From: Azolla caroliniana
Lineage: Eukaryota > Plantae > Polypodiophyta
NCBI GenBank assembly: GCA_043228905.1
Contig: JBHGNT010000007.1
Span: 4,526,001 to 4,590,000 of the forward strand
Length of the DNA: 64,000 bases
Direction: 5' to 3'
This document shows positions 13,508 through 25,755 of this stretch, piece by piece; the stretch's first letter is position 1, and each line of letters opens with the position of its first letter. The notes under the pieces are model-generated. The model saw only the letters and a list, made by a program, of their open reading frames with translations. It had not been told where the DNA came from and searched no databases. Both the position numbers and the translations under genes were made by a program.

Positions 13508-16258
13508 ATGGAGGGAATGATTTTTGAGGCAATGTTGGGACCTGGAGCATTGTTGCTAATGTTGGGATACCATGTTTTCCTTTGTTACAAGATTCACACA
13601 TCCCCTTTCTGCACTACAATTGGCGCCATAAACCATGCTAGACACTTGTGGGCAATCGACATTCTTCATGTAGGCCATTCATTCATTTATCCATTTACTT
13701 TCATTTTGTGACATTCTTGATCTCACTTATGATTGGTAAGATAGTCTTTTGTTGTTCACTGGGATGAGGAGCTTGTAAGTCTATTCATTAGTTTGAATCG
13801 AAATGAATTCATGTATCTTTAAACGGAAAATCACTATAACGAAAAGAACCAAAAAATTCGAAGATAAACAAATCACCATTCTCTTTTCACAAAGTAATTT
13901 TATACATAGTTAGCATAAATAAGCATCAATTGTAAGTACTCATAGTTCTTACCAAGACTTATTTTATACCAAAATTAGCGTACTTTAACACTAATTAGTA
14001 TACACTTACTTCCATGCATATTTTAGAGCAAAATTAACCATTTGTGTTTGTTTTTGGTTTTTTAGAATGATGTAATTGTGCATGAATAACACATAACTCT
14101 AATTTTGTTATTATTCAGTATTTGCGAGAAGTAGCAACATATTTAAATGAGCACTTAATTGCTCTAGAAAAATTAGCTTTGTAAAAAATGAATAGTGATT
14201 ATACACTATTTCAAACTTTACATTAGTTTGTAGTAATGTTCAAAATTAATACTAATATATTATTGATTTCCCCTATTTAAATCCATGCTAATATTATACA
14301 TTTCTTGATTCAAATAGTCCGATTACAAGAACTTATGTAAATGATATATCTGATTTTAACACACAACATAAAATTTGTGGTGATTGATGCTTGAGCCATC
14401 ACAAATGATAAGTTGGAGATTAGCTATAAATGCTAAGCAGCAATATCACTAATCATATGGTAAATTATTAATGCTTGAGCCATTACAAATGATAAAGTTG
14501 GAGATTATCTATAAACACTAAGCAACGATATCACAAATCACATGGTTTCACACTTGCGAATTTGGGCTTTTGGTCAAAGGTAACACATTTTCCGAACCAA
14601 TAGATTGATGTAGTCATCCAATTGATTGTGAGCGCGAATAATGAAGGGTGATCAACAACTTTATAAAATGAAAGGAATTTGTAAGGTGACCAAATACTCA
14701 GCCAAACTAAGAGGACATGATGATCCTACTTTATGGTACTTGGAAAGTACTTGTATGGATCATTTTAGTGCAAATGTTGAAGGAATTTATGAAGATAATG
14801 TAATCGTACTGATACTTTAGAGATCCATGACTCCGAAAGCACTGAGGGTCCTCATGGACTTACGATATATAAATGGTTGGGTTAATGTTTAAAAGTTATA
14901 TGTTACTCACCTTACTTTTGTGGAATATTACTTGTGATGCTTCATTTTGTGAAAATGTGCGATTTTTTAACCATAGAAACAGCGTCAGGTTTTCAAAATC
15001 CTTGGAAATTAGCCTTTGGTATGGTAAACACCCATGTACATTAAATTATAGATTGTGCATTTGAGCTAGTATTGATGAGTTTGTGAGGTGATTGAAAGTT
15101 ACTAGTGTTGGCATGATAAGGCCTACGATAGATGGGAGGCAACCAATAGCTATAATTTGCAATGACACAAGGTAAGAGATATTGAGCTTGTTTATCCATT
15201 CTTTGAGAGGGTACGATCAAACTTATATATATGTATTCAAGTTTCTCGCACTCCATATCAAACGAGCTTTTGCCGAGGAGTTAAAATATATACATTAGGA
15301 TTTACGTGCCAAATGTGTGGCCCTACTATAGCTAAATAGGTATGCTGCAAAAAGGCAAGAGATTCGTTGTGTGTTATACTCCATACATTACACTAGTAGC
15401 TTGATCTTTGATGTTCCTTCCGCACAAAAGCATGTGATCAATGCTGCATGAGTGTGAAATGAATATATCGTAAATGTTGCTCGAAACATTTTACTTAATG
15501 AACATGTTAACACATCAAAATGTATCCCAATATATTGTAGACCAACTTGCATGGTAAGAAATTTATGACAAAAACTACACGTAGATAAACATGTCAACAA
15601 CTACACTAGAAAGGGGGGCGGGATCAAATATGAAAGTTTTAAAAGATAAATAATGGTGATTTAATCGAGGTTTGGGGGGTGTATATTTTTTTGGCAGAGC
15701 AATATGAAGAAGAATGTGTTTGCGGTGCAAACATTGAGGAATAGCATAATGGAGTCGACATTGATGGCAACTTCGGCAATCGTGTTGGCGGCTGCGATGG
15801 GTTTGTACGTGACATTTACGGCACGGTTCAAGGACATAGTTGATATGGCCGTGTTGCATGGTGGCATCGAAGGAGGCGACGGATGGGTGAAGCCATCGAT
15901 CCTACTAGGTTGTTTCGTGTTCTCCTTCTTGTGCAATGCGCAATCCATCCGCTTCCTCAGTAGCCTTAACTTCTTGCTCAATGTGCCCATGTCCCTAGGC
16001 CCCAACAACACTTGCAACGATAACAATAACAATGTTGGACAATTCATGACGATGGGTGGGGGCCACGAGGAAGAGGTGTCTGATCTGTTGTACCGCGCGA
16101 CCCTCCTCAACACTGTCGGATCACGTAGCCTTTACTTCGGAGCTTGCCTCCTCTTCTGGGTCTTCGGATCTCTCGCTTTCCTCGCCTTCACACTCGCCCT
16201 CATCCCCGGTCTCTACATGTCTGACTTCCTCGACCCAACGTCTCTCACTCGGGTGTAA
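13508..16258 (+). CDS. DUF599-family membrane protein, two exons (13508-13669, 15698-16258)
   Basis: MEGMIFEAMLGPGALLLMLGYHVFL..TTIGAINHARHLW is spliced in phase 0 (GT at 13670, AG at 15696-97) to SNMKKNVFAVQTLRNSIMESTLMATSAI...FLCNAQSIRF...GSRSLYF..LLFWVFG. AVQTLRN is the family hallmark. Confidence 0.9.
14387..14546. repeat. Two-copy diverged direct repeat (about 75 bp) in the DUF599 intron
   Basis: atgcttgagccat.acaaatgataa...atcayatggt at 14387 and 14471. Confidence 0.8.
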
Positions 16259-16901
16259 TGAATCTTAGTCCTTACCTCATTTCTCTTATAGTACTAGTGG
16301 GAAACCTCGACTCGAGGCCACCATCCGGAAAGACGATGTCTACATTGATAAAATTGTTGAAAGCTCGGATACCACATGGTATCCTCAATATATCCTCATG
16401 TAGTAGTGACAACAAGGAGTTTGTATACATCTCCAACCTTAAGGTGTATACTAGTTAGTAGAACTAGGCATTAGTCTGATTTTGTTCTTGTTCTCCGCTT
16501 TTGTAACGAGCATATGTTAATATCACATCACCACAGTTAATTGCTCAATATAACATGGTACTTACAGATGTTTCATACCATGACCATCCCAATTGTCTAC
16601 TTGATGCCTTCAATCTTTTGACAGGTACAAGTTGTATAGCTCACTATTAAGGCTTCTAAAAGCAAAACAAAAGAACAAAGTATAAGCCTAGGGCCTCTTA
16701 GATGTTGAAGTTAACGCTATGTAGAAACATAAAAGGAAAGAAAGTTAATGGGATGCTCCAAGTTTTGAGTCTCATGACATCAATAATAATGTTGATTGTC
16801 ATAATTACTCTCTTTGTCATTGTCTATTATGAAGTAATCAAGAATATCCAATCGACTAAACAATAACGTTGTCATGATATAGCGCGCGTGTGTGTGTGCT
16901 C

Positions 16902-17002
16902 GCACAAACACGGAGTCTTGAAACTCATTAATGCGGGCAATGACCAAATGCACAAACACGGAACGGAGTCTTGAAACTAATTAATGCGGGCAATGACCAA
17001 AT
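16902..17002. repeat. Two-copy tandem repeat (about 48 bp)
   Basis: gcacaaacacgga..gtcttgaaact.attaatgcgggcaatgaccaaat at 16902 and 16950. Confidence 0.85.
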
Positions 17003-17540
17003 CATATTCCCGCACCCAAATCTCATACATCTTCTCCATCAAGTAGTCTACCTTAATGTGATGTAAGGTTCTTCTCATATGGGGTTGCACAACTTCTTCC
17101 AATCATATTTGGGCATTGAGTAGTAGACATTATGGGTGAGATGAAGTGAAGTTATGGTCGACATTCCCAATTGTTTGAGATCATCCCAACCTTCAATAGT
17201 TTAAGATAATGGGCGGGAGAGAAGAAAAGCAAGAAAAGGTAGAGAAAGAAAGCAAAAAAGCAGAGAATGACAGGGGAAACTCTTAACAGAAAGAACATAA
17301 AAAAGGGGGGGGGGGGGGGAGAGAAAAAGTGAAGGAAAGGAAAGGAAGAGCTAGTTAGAAGAAGAACTTAAGAAGAAAAGGGTGGGCTTGGATTGGAGTT
17401 TGGGAAGAGCACAGAAGTTTTAAAATGACTATAAAATGAAACCCAATAGACACACAACAAACCTCATGCATGCTCATTTTCCTTGGAAACAATCCAATTC
17501 CAATCCAATTCCAATCCAATTCCCACACACACAGACCGGC

Positions 17541-18208
17541 ATGATGGCTCTTATGCAGCCCATGACCAAGTTTTTCTTCTTCTTCTTCTTGGGGTTCTCG
17601 GCATTCTCGCCCCCCGTGTTTACTACTACGACGGCCGAATCTTCTTCTTCTTCTTCTTCTTCTTCGGGGTCGGGGGCGGGGGCGGGGGCAAGGCGCTGGC
17701 TAGGTGGTTTCGGGGGGGAGTTCCATGGTGGTGGTGGCGCTTACATTCCGGGGGAGAAGCGGCCATTCTTATGTCCACCATCCCAAGCTCAGCTGGCCCC
17801 ATTTCCTATTCCTCCTGCCTATCCACATAAACCATCTCCTGTCATGTATCCTCCGCCTCCTCCTCCGCCACCGCCGCCTCCGCCTCCTCCGCCGCCGCCT
17901 CCTCCTCCGCCGCCTCCTCCGCCGCCGCCTCCGCCTCCTCCTCCGCCGCCGCCTCCGCCTCCGCCTGTCTTAACAGTACCTGCCAGCATCAATACGCAGA
18001 GTCCTCAAGCGCCACCATCAGCTGCCTTTAGCGCCCCATCCGCTGGGCCCTACTCATCTTCGCCACAGCAAACCACGACGACTGCGGCGCAATTCGCCGC
18101 CGGACCGCAGCAGCCCATCAATTCTGACGATCAGGGCCTCGGCTCAGGCTCAAGCTCAAGCTCAGGCTCAGGCTCAGGCTCAGACTCAGTCTCAGTCTCA
18201 GGCTCAGT

Positions 18209-18239
<31 letters not shown>

Positions 18240-18263
18240 GGCTCAGGATCTGGTTATCCGTGA
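17541..18263 (+). CDS. Intronless proline-rich, HRGP-like predicted secreted protein (39 consecutive Pro, Ser-Gly repeat tail)
   Basis: Open GC-rich frame. Contains a hydrophobic N-terminus (KFFFFFFLGFSAFS), RRWL, poly-Pro at 17850-17966 encoded by mixed CCT/CCG/CCA codons, an AP/SP/GP-rich segment and (SG)n, and ends GYP. The start could be 17436 or 17541. Confidence 0.7.
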
Positions 18264-19103
18264 AGGTCTGTCAGGCAGTGTGATCTGGTGCGCCGCGATG
18301 ACAGTTACAACAGAAAAACCAAAAAAAAACCAAAAAAAACCAAAAAAACCCAAAAAAACAAACAAACCATAATGTAGGTTCTAATTTCATAACATTGAGG
18401 ACCTTAGCACAGATTTATTCTATTTTTATTTTTGATCTTTCAAGTTCTGTCTTCTTTCTTCAATCTGCCATCTCCACTCATCTGCGGCCATCTTCCAAAC
18501 ATCATCCTAATCATCCAATCATCCAATCATCATGTTCCTCTCTCCTGCATCTTTAGGTCTACATAAATCTATCTATATATAGCTCATCCAAAATAATGAA
18601 GGAATTAGTGGTTTGTGATTAGGAAGCGCTAACCACCACCGCCAATTTTAGTAGTTGTAGTTCTTTGCCCCAACTTCTGATTGGATTCTCTCTTTTCGAT
18701 TCTTCACTTCCCATAATTCTGATTGGGGTACATAATTTTCTTAAATGAGTGAAAAGTTTTTGTGTGCTTTTTGGATTGACCCTTTATTAAACTTCCTGAG
18801 TTGCCTCTCTCAATTGTACGGTTTATGAATGGATTATCAATGCTAAGCAAACGTTTTTCTTGTAATATACAAATGGAAGCATCCAGAAAAACTTTTCTAG
18901 GTAGTAAGTACATCTTGGTGGTAAATAATAAGCGAAATAATAATAATAATTTAATCATATTAATATTAGCTTCCTATGAATATGAAACATGAAACAGTTT
19001 CCCGTAATAATAATAAGAAGGAAAGAGCCTCAATGGTGGTCTTATAAAGCCACCACCAATGATGTAATAGTTACAGCGTTCCAATAATATAAAATTTGGT
19101 TTT

Positions 19104-22100
19104 TGTTATAGAATAGACTCTTAAGCAAGATCAAAGAGTGATTAAATATGAATTAAGATCACTAATCACATATCAAGATAATCTCTCGATAGAGCTCATA
19201 TGCTATGCTCTTCTATATATAATCCAAAATGATTGAGATACATAAGTTTATGACCCACAAGACGATGGGATGCATGCATACTATTTACATCATGAAGTCT
19301 TGTTAACTAAAGCTTAAGACTAAAATAGATATAGCATGACTCATTACATGCATGAGTTCATAACACTCCCCCTCATGCATGAGATTGTTGTGCCACCAAC
19401 AAGGAAAAGATATCCTGTTTGTGATATGCCAACATGAGGGCCAGATAAGAACCCAATGTCAGAATAACCGGTCAATTGACCGTGCATAGAACCGTTGGTA
19501 AAGAAAAGACCCATATCTTTAGTGCCTCGTGAATATCGGAAAATCTGCTCAATTCCAGTACAGTGTCACCTGGTAGGATCGTGACTATACCAAGCCAACA
19601 AATTGACAGCGAACGAAATGTCCAGACGCGTACAATTGGCCAAGTACATAAGTGCACCAACAACAACCATGTAAAGATATTGTGGTCCCAATGCTCACTC
19701 GTTAGAAGATCTTGGCCGAAATGGGTCATGAGAAGGATCTAGAGAGCGCACTACTATAGGAGTTCTAATAAAATGAGCTTGATACATAGAAAACCATTTT
19801 AATATTTTATGGATATCAGAGCTCTGATGAAGAAGAATTCCATTAGATAGGTGCTCAATCTGAAGACCCAAGCATAATGTAGTTAAATCGAGGTCTTTCA
19901 TTTCAAATTGGCGGCTAACCATAGCAACAACATCTTCATAGCATTGGATGTTCCAATAATATTGAGATCATCAACATAAATAGTGATGATGACAAATTCT
20001 TTGAGATGATGCTTGATAAATATGCAATGAAAAATACCGTCATAAAGATAAACTATAACCACATCCATGAGATGCATATGAAGACTTCGTTGAAGAGTAA
20101 AATGAATCAACCAACGAAAACTTGTTGCATCCATAACCGGAGAATATGTATAAGTATAATCAATACCAAATCGTCATGTGAAACCTTGAGCAACAAACCT
20201 TGCCTTAAATAACATCTCTTTTATCATTATGCTTCCGCACAAAAACCCAATGATAGCCAACAGGTGTATGACCAATAGGCGTCTCTTGAATTTTACCAAA
20301 AACTCATCTTTTGAGAAGACTATTTAGCTCAACTTGAATAACTTCTTTCCATTTATCCCAAAAAGGAGATGCTTTTGCTTCTTGAATAGTTTGAGGATCC
20401 ATTTCGTTCACGAAAGCTGTCATGAGTTGATGGGGAGAGTAAACATGATATGATGACGACCGTAGTCGGAGAAGTTGCGCTGCATGAAGTACTGCATGTC
20501 CCCATGTTGAACTAGGCAAATTTGATTTGAGAAGAATCGGTCGCACAATTACTTGGATTTGTTTAATTAAATATTCAGCCATACCATTTTGAATGTGAAC
20601 ATGAGGAGTTGAAACTTCAAAATTAATACCGATAGATTTGCAATATGCGAATAAAGGTTATTGACGTAAACTCGGTAGTGTTGTCCATCCGAATTGACTT
20701 AATTGGAAAATCTAGGAATTGAGCACGCAACTTGATGATAAGGATGAGGAGTCAAGGCAACACCATGTTGCGAGTAGAAAGAAGTGTGATGTGAGAAAAA
20801 TGCGATGAAGCATCTTTGACTCCCATGAAGTAATAAAATGGTCCAGAAGGAGGGTGCATTGGTCCATGGATATCACCATGCATACGCTCCAAAAATTTGG
20901 GTGACTCATAGAGTTCCTTAGGTCCAAGGAAGGACAAATCACTAGCTTTCCTTGTGCGCATGGAACACAAAAACGAGTTTTAACTCGATTCAAGTATTCT
21001 AACTTTAAAGGTAGATCTTGAACATTATTGATCATTCTCCTAATCATTGTATGGCCAAGATGATCTAGTCTATCATGCCAAAGATCCACTATGTCGGTAT
21101 TGACCTTTGAGGAAATATTGGAGTAGTGGGCAAATGAAGCCATGCGGATCTTCGAGGCTTTAAGGTTGAAACAACAATTGGTCTGATATGACTTCTAACT
21201 CATCAATAACTTGGGTAGTATTTGACAGGTGCTTGACAACTCGCATTTTCTCTTTCCCATCTTGTTCCCATGTCATGAGATGGTATCCATTGCGTCGCAC
21301 ATCTGCAAATCCAAGTAGATTTCTTAGAGAGGTAGGCGCATAGATAACACCTGGATGTATTTCCAAGAAAACACCATTTGGAGGTTGGATAGTGGTGGGG
21401 CCTCTTCCTTGTCCAATACAAGAACCAGCTATAGTCTTGATGTCGAAAGGGACTTGATCTTTAATATGATGAAATGATTCTTTATGACATAGAATAGTGT
21501 GTGTTGAGGCGCAATCAATAAGACAAAGAAAACAGCTTGTATGCAAATCAATCATATGAGCTTCAATCATGTTGGCTTCGGGCTCGAATTCCAAAGGTTG
21601 ATCCATAAAATTATATTCCAAGATTGGAATTGATGGTGAGATCGTTGATGTTTCTACTACCATATTAGCCTCTGGTTTCCTATCTTGACCTTGCTTGCCA
21701 TACTTCTGGTAAAGATCAACATGAAACTTAGAAGTTCAACAAGTATTTGCCTAGTCCCCTCGTAAACCACATTGAAGACATAAATTCGATGAAGGGTTAT
21801 CTTGACTTGAGTTTGATTGATGGTGCATTGGCTTGACTTGATTACTTGTGGGATATTGATTCCTTTGTTGATTTCTTCTTCCTCTTCCTCTTCCTCGACT
21901 TTGTGCATATGGGTGTTAATGACGATGTTGCTGTCTAGAATAATTACTCTTGACATGCGTCAAATCCTTGAATTGTAGAGGAACTAACTGGATGAAGTTT
22001 GTTGTTCTTGAGGAGAACTTGGTGGTGTTGGTCAGTGACAATAAGTGCAAATAAAAGTTCAACATAGGTTTTAAAACCACGATTACGATGTTGTCCAAAA

Positions 22101-22930
22101 AGATTAAAATTTGAGGGATGAAAAGTAGTTACCGTTTTGTTGATTAGATTCGCCTCTTGAACAAGGTTGTCATGACCACAAAATTTAAGTTTACAAACGA
22201 TACCAAATAGTGAGGAATTATATTCAGCAACTTTCTTGAAATCTTGAAAACAAAGTTGATTCCATTCATGCAAAGTGTTGGGGTTGAGAACTGTTCGTTG
22301 ATGATCAAAGCGGGCTTTGAATTACTTCTAGAGAGTTGATGGATTCGTGATGAAGAAGTATTGATTCTGAAGGCTTAGATCAAGGTGATGAAGGATGAAG
22401 ATGAATGCTTCCGCTCCCTTCTTCCTAGCATTTGAGTTCTCAGCATCATTAAAATTATCACTTACCGTATGAAGGAGATCGTTCGCCGTGAGATGGCCTT
22501 CAACATGAACTATCCAAGTCATATAATTTGACCCATCGAACGCAAGTGGTGGGAAGAAGCATTTCTCTATTTGTAGAGCTTGAGAAGCCATGCTAATGCT
22601 AACAATAAGGTAGATTTGTATAAGAGAATAATTAATTGCTATGGTAGAGGCTAATTGTGCTGATAACGTGTTATAGAATAGACTATTAAGCAAGATCAAA
22701 GAGTGATTAGATATTAATCAAGATCACTAATCACATATCAAGATAATCTCTCGATTGAGCTTATAGGCTATGCTCTTCTATGTATAATTCAAAATGATTG
22801 AGATACATAAATTTATGACCCACAAGATAATGGGATGCATGCATATTATTTACATCATGAAGTCTTGTTAACTAAAACTTAAGTCTAAAATAGATATAGC
22901 ATGAATCATTCCATGCATGAGTTCATAACG
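19104..22930 (-). mobile_element. Bianca-type Copia, internally deleted, 262-bp LTRs (19104-19365, 22669-22930), TSD GTTTT
   Basis: The LTR pair is about 93% identical by eye. GTTTT at 19099-19103 and 22931-22935. PPT GAGGGGGAG next to 19365. PBS CGTTATCAGCAC directly abuts the 5' LTR. Lineage-typical motifs CLIDCASTHTIL, ERMHGDIHGPMHPPSGPF and YVDD. The IN C-terminus and most of RNase H are deleted. Confidence 0.88.
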
Positions 22931-24484
22931 GTTTTCGGTTCCCCCCCCCCCTCTCTCTCTCTCTATAACGACTCTTTCTGTTGTTGCTGTCGTTGTCGTT
23001 TGCAGCCACTATCAGCTGCCATCGTCGTCGTCGTTTGTCGTTTGCCACCGTTGTCGTTGTCACCGTTGTCGTTAGTTCTTGGCCGTCGCCTCTATAATCT
23101 ACGCTTCTGATAACGTCATCGGCTAAGTAAACGAGAGAGCATACATGTGCTTTTACACTTGAACCTAGCGCGCAAGGCATTGATGCTTGGCTAAGTTTTT
23201 TCTGTCCTCTTTGTCTTTTCTTTCTTTTATCTTTTGATTTACAACATGACTTCTAGACGAAACCATAAGGAAACACACAAAGAAATTATAAGTAAGGAAG
23301 AATTTTTAGATGTCCTTAACTGTTTAGTTAAAATAGAAAAATGGGCGAAAGAGATTGACGCTGAAAATCAAAAAGATAAGGAAGAAAAAGAAGTGCTTAT
23401 TGCTGAAATAATGAAACTTAAAGTAGACAACACGAACCTTCAGAAACAAGTTAAGGACCTTGAGACATCTAGGGATGATGGTGAAATATCTTCCCTCCAG
23501 GATATTAAGGACGAGATAAAAAAGGTTAAGGAAGAGGTTAAAAGCGATATGGAATTAGCAAAAACTAGGTGGGTTGATGTAGTAAAACGTTCTGTTGTTA
23601 CGCTTTCGCGTATGAAATAAGGTGGGACCGCGAGGGCCCTAAACCGAGGAGCGTGAGAGATAAGAGGGAGAGAGAGTTGCAGAAAACACAAAGAGATAGA
23701 AACGAGACAATCAGTTCTAGTAGCAGCATAGATTACAGAGCTTGCAATGTTACAATCGGCAAGCCGGCAACGGACTCAACATGGACGAACACACGCATTG
23801 AAATTCGCAGTGGAGCCTCTACTGGAAGCACACGGGCTTTCACGCAGCAGAGGTAGCCAACTTAACCCAAATCCCTGCAGAAGCAACAATGATGGTGGAG
23901 GAGAGAGCTCCGTTCCCAGTCCGACAACACTTCGTCCTCTCAAAAAAAATGTGTGATCCTTGTATCAATCTTTTCCCCTCCCTTTTATAGGCCGTCGAGG
24001 AAGACCGTTACACCCTTGGTTACATGCACTTATCCTCTGTCCCGTCGGACAGAGATACGCTTGGATCCCCTAGACAATTAATGCGTACTACCTAGTATAT
24101 TTACATCCGCTGAATCAGACCTAGTTATGTACAACTTAATAAATAGTGCGGCCATGCATAAGGGCCAGTTCCTGTGTCTTTTTCCCCCGTTTCCTCCTAT
24201 GGCCAGTTTTCTCCACGACATCCATCCCCACCAAACTGCTCATCCACCAGTATGCGTCGGAGAGGAACAATTACTGGAGAAATCAGCTCGCCTCTACTCG
24301 TCGCTCCCCGATCCTTCTTCTGCTCCAAACCGATCGTCATCGTCGTCCTCGTTCCCCGGGTCCGGCTCGTCCTCGTGCCACTTTTTGAACGCCTTGATCT
24401 ACTTCCCGGCTACCGGTACTGCTAACCGCGTCCCGTCGAGCTCCGCAAGATGGTAGGTGCCATTGTCGTTCGCACTTGTTATGG

Positions 24485-25291
24485 TGTCGTAGTGTAATTC
24501 CCACACTACATGAAAAATTGTTTTTTTTGTCTCTCCGGATAGGACATGGAGTACCCGGTGAGAACCGGAAGGAGGAACCGGTAAGGAAGACCCGGTGAGA
24601 ACTGGATGAAGGAGGAATCGGTAAGGAGACCCAGTAAGAACCGGATCAAGCAGAACCGGAAAGAGCCGGATAAAGAAGGCCGGTGAGAGTCTCTCACCGG
24701 ATGAAGAGACAAATTCGTAAATAGAAGAAAAGATTGTTACATGCATAGGGCAAGATTCGAACCTTGTACCTCCATGTTAATGATTTTTAAGCCTTACCAC
24801 TATACTAGCATATTATGAATTTTAAAGTTATACTAAACTTTATCCCATGTAAATATTCTAGATATGCATGGTACAAAAAGTTATTCATGCATACACACTC
24901 GAGTTAAAAGAAAAGATGGGATAGAAAGCTAATCATACACATGCAGTGTGCATGAAAACTAAAGTTAGGAAAAGCATGATGCTTGCATGTGATAAACTTA
25001 GACTCTTCCAACACTATATAAGGAAGAGAGAAAGATGTATAGGTGTTGTTGATTTTTATAAGGTTTGAATAATATAAAATAATCGTGGGATTCACGATTT
25101 TACCATCTATTTCTCTCTTACAATCTAAGTATCAATTAATACACTATACTCGTGGGATTCACGAGTTTCATATCTTCTTCTTGCAATCTCTTCCTAACTA
25201 ACATTATTGCATATTCTTCTTTCTCCTAGTCCAAAACCCCAACGGTTCCCACCCGACTCACGCAAATGATCCGGCGCCGAAAGGCACGACA
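24485..25291 (+). mobile_element. Solo LTR (807 bp) related to the Gypsy-B group, TSD ATGG/ACGG
   Basis: TGTCGT...ACGACA termini. Removing it with one TSD restores Gypsy-B integrase GPYAVTSAN. TATA CTATATAAGG at about 25015. The 3' end shares the CTCCT.GT.CA..CCCC.ACGGT.CC motif with the B LTR. Confidence 0.82.
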
Positions 25292-25755
25292 ACGGCGTAG
25301 GGCCCGAACCACCTCCTCGTTGTCAGGAATAGTACTAAAGTAGAGATGGAATTAGTACTAAGAAGAGTAGTACTATTAGTACTAAGAGGACGGGACTGCG
25401 TAAGATTCCCGAGAGAGAGGAAGTGAGAAGAGGAGAGAGAGAGATAGGATGATGACAACAACTCTTATATTATATAAAAGATAAGTACAAATCGGCTAAG
25501 AGGCTTAAGACCGGTGTTGAACCAATTTGGTTCAAAACAATGCCTTGTGCCTCCTTTTATAGTGTTTTTAGGAATAAGCCTGAAGCTTCTAGAATGTTCA
25601 AGAGAGATCTGGAATATACATCAATTTTCTATGATAAAGTATAAATGAAAATAATATCCTACAAATTACAATTCATAGTCTAATGGTAAGAGCTCGACCC
25701 ATGTAGCATAAGGTCATGGGTTCGAGTCTTGCCATATCATGACACTATCTCCCCC

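Noticed and set aside
14620-14870. Possible Copia protease relic (LWYLESTCMDH) in the DUF599 intron
   Set aside because: A single short, weak motif with no supporting domains or LTRs.
15661-16113. 150-aa antisense ORF over DUF599 exon 2, and many antisense ORFs over GC-rich TE pol genes
   Set aside because: Shadow ORFs are expected opposite GC-rich coding sequence, and they carry no independent motifs.
17304-17319. G16 run upstream of the proline-rich gene (possible G-quadruplex), and A-rich repeats at about 18314-18367
   Set aside because: Simple homopolymer or low-complexity tracts with no evidence of function.
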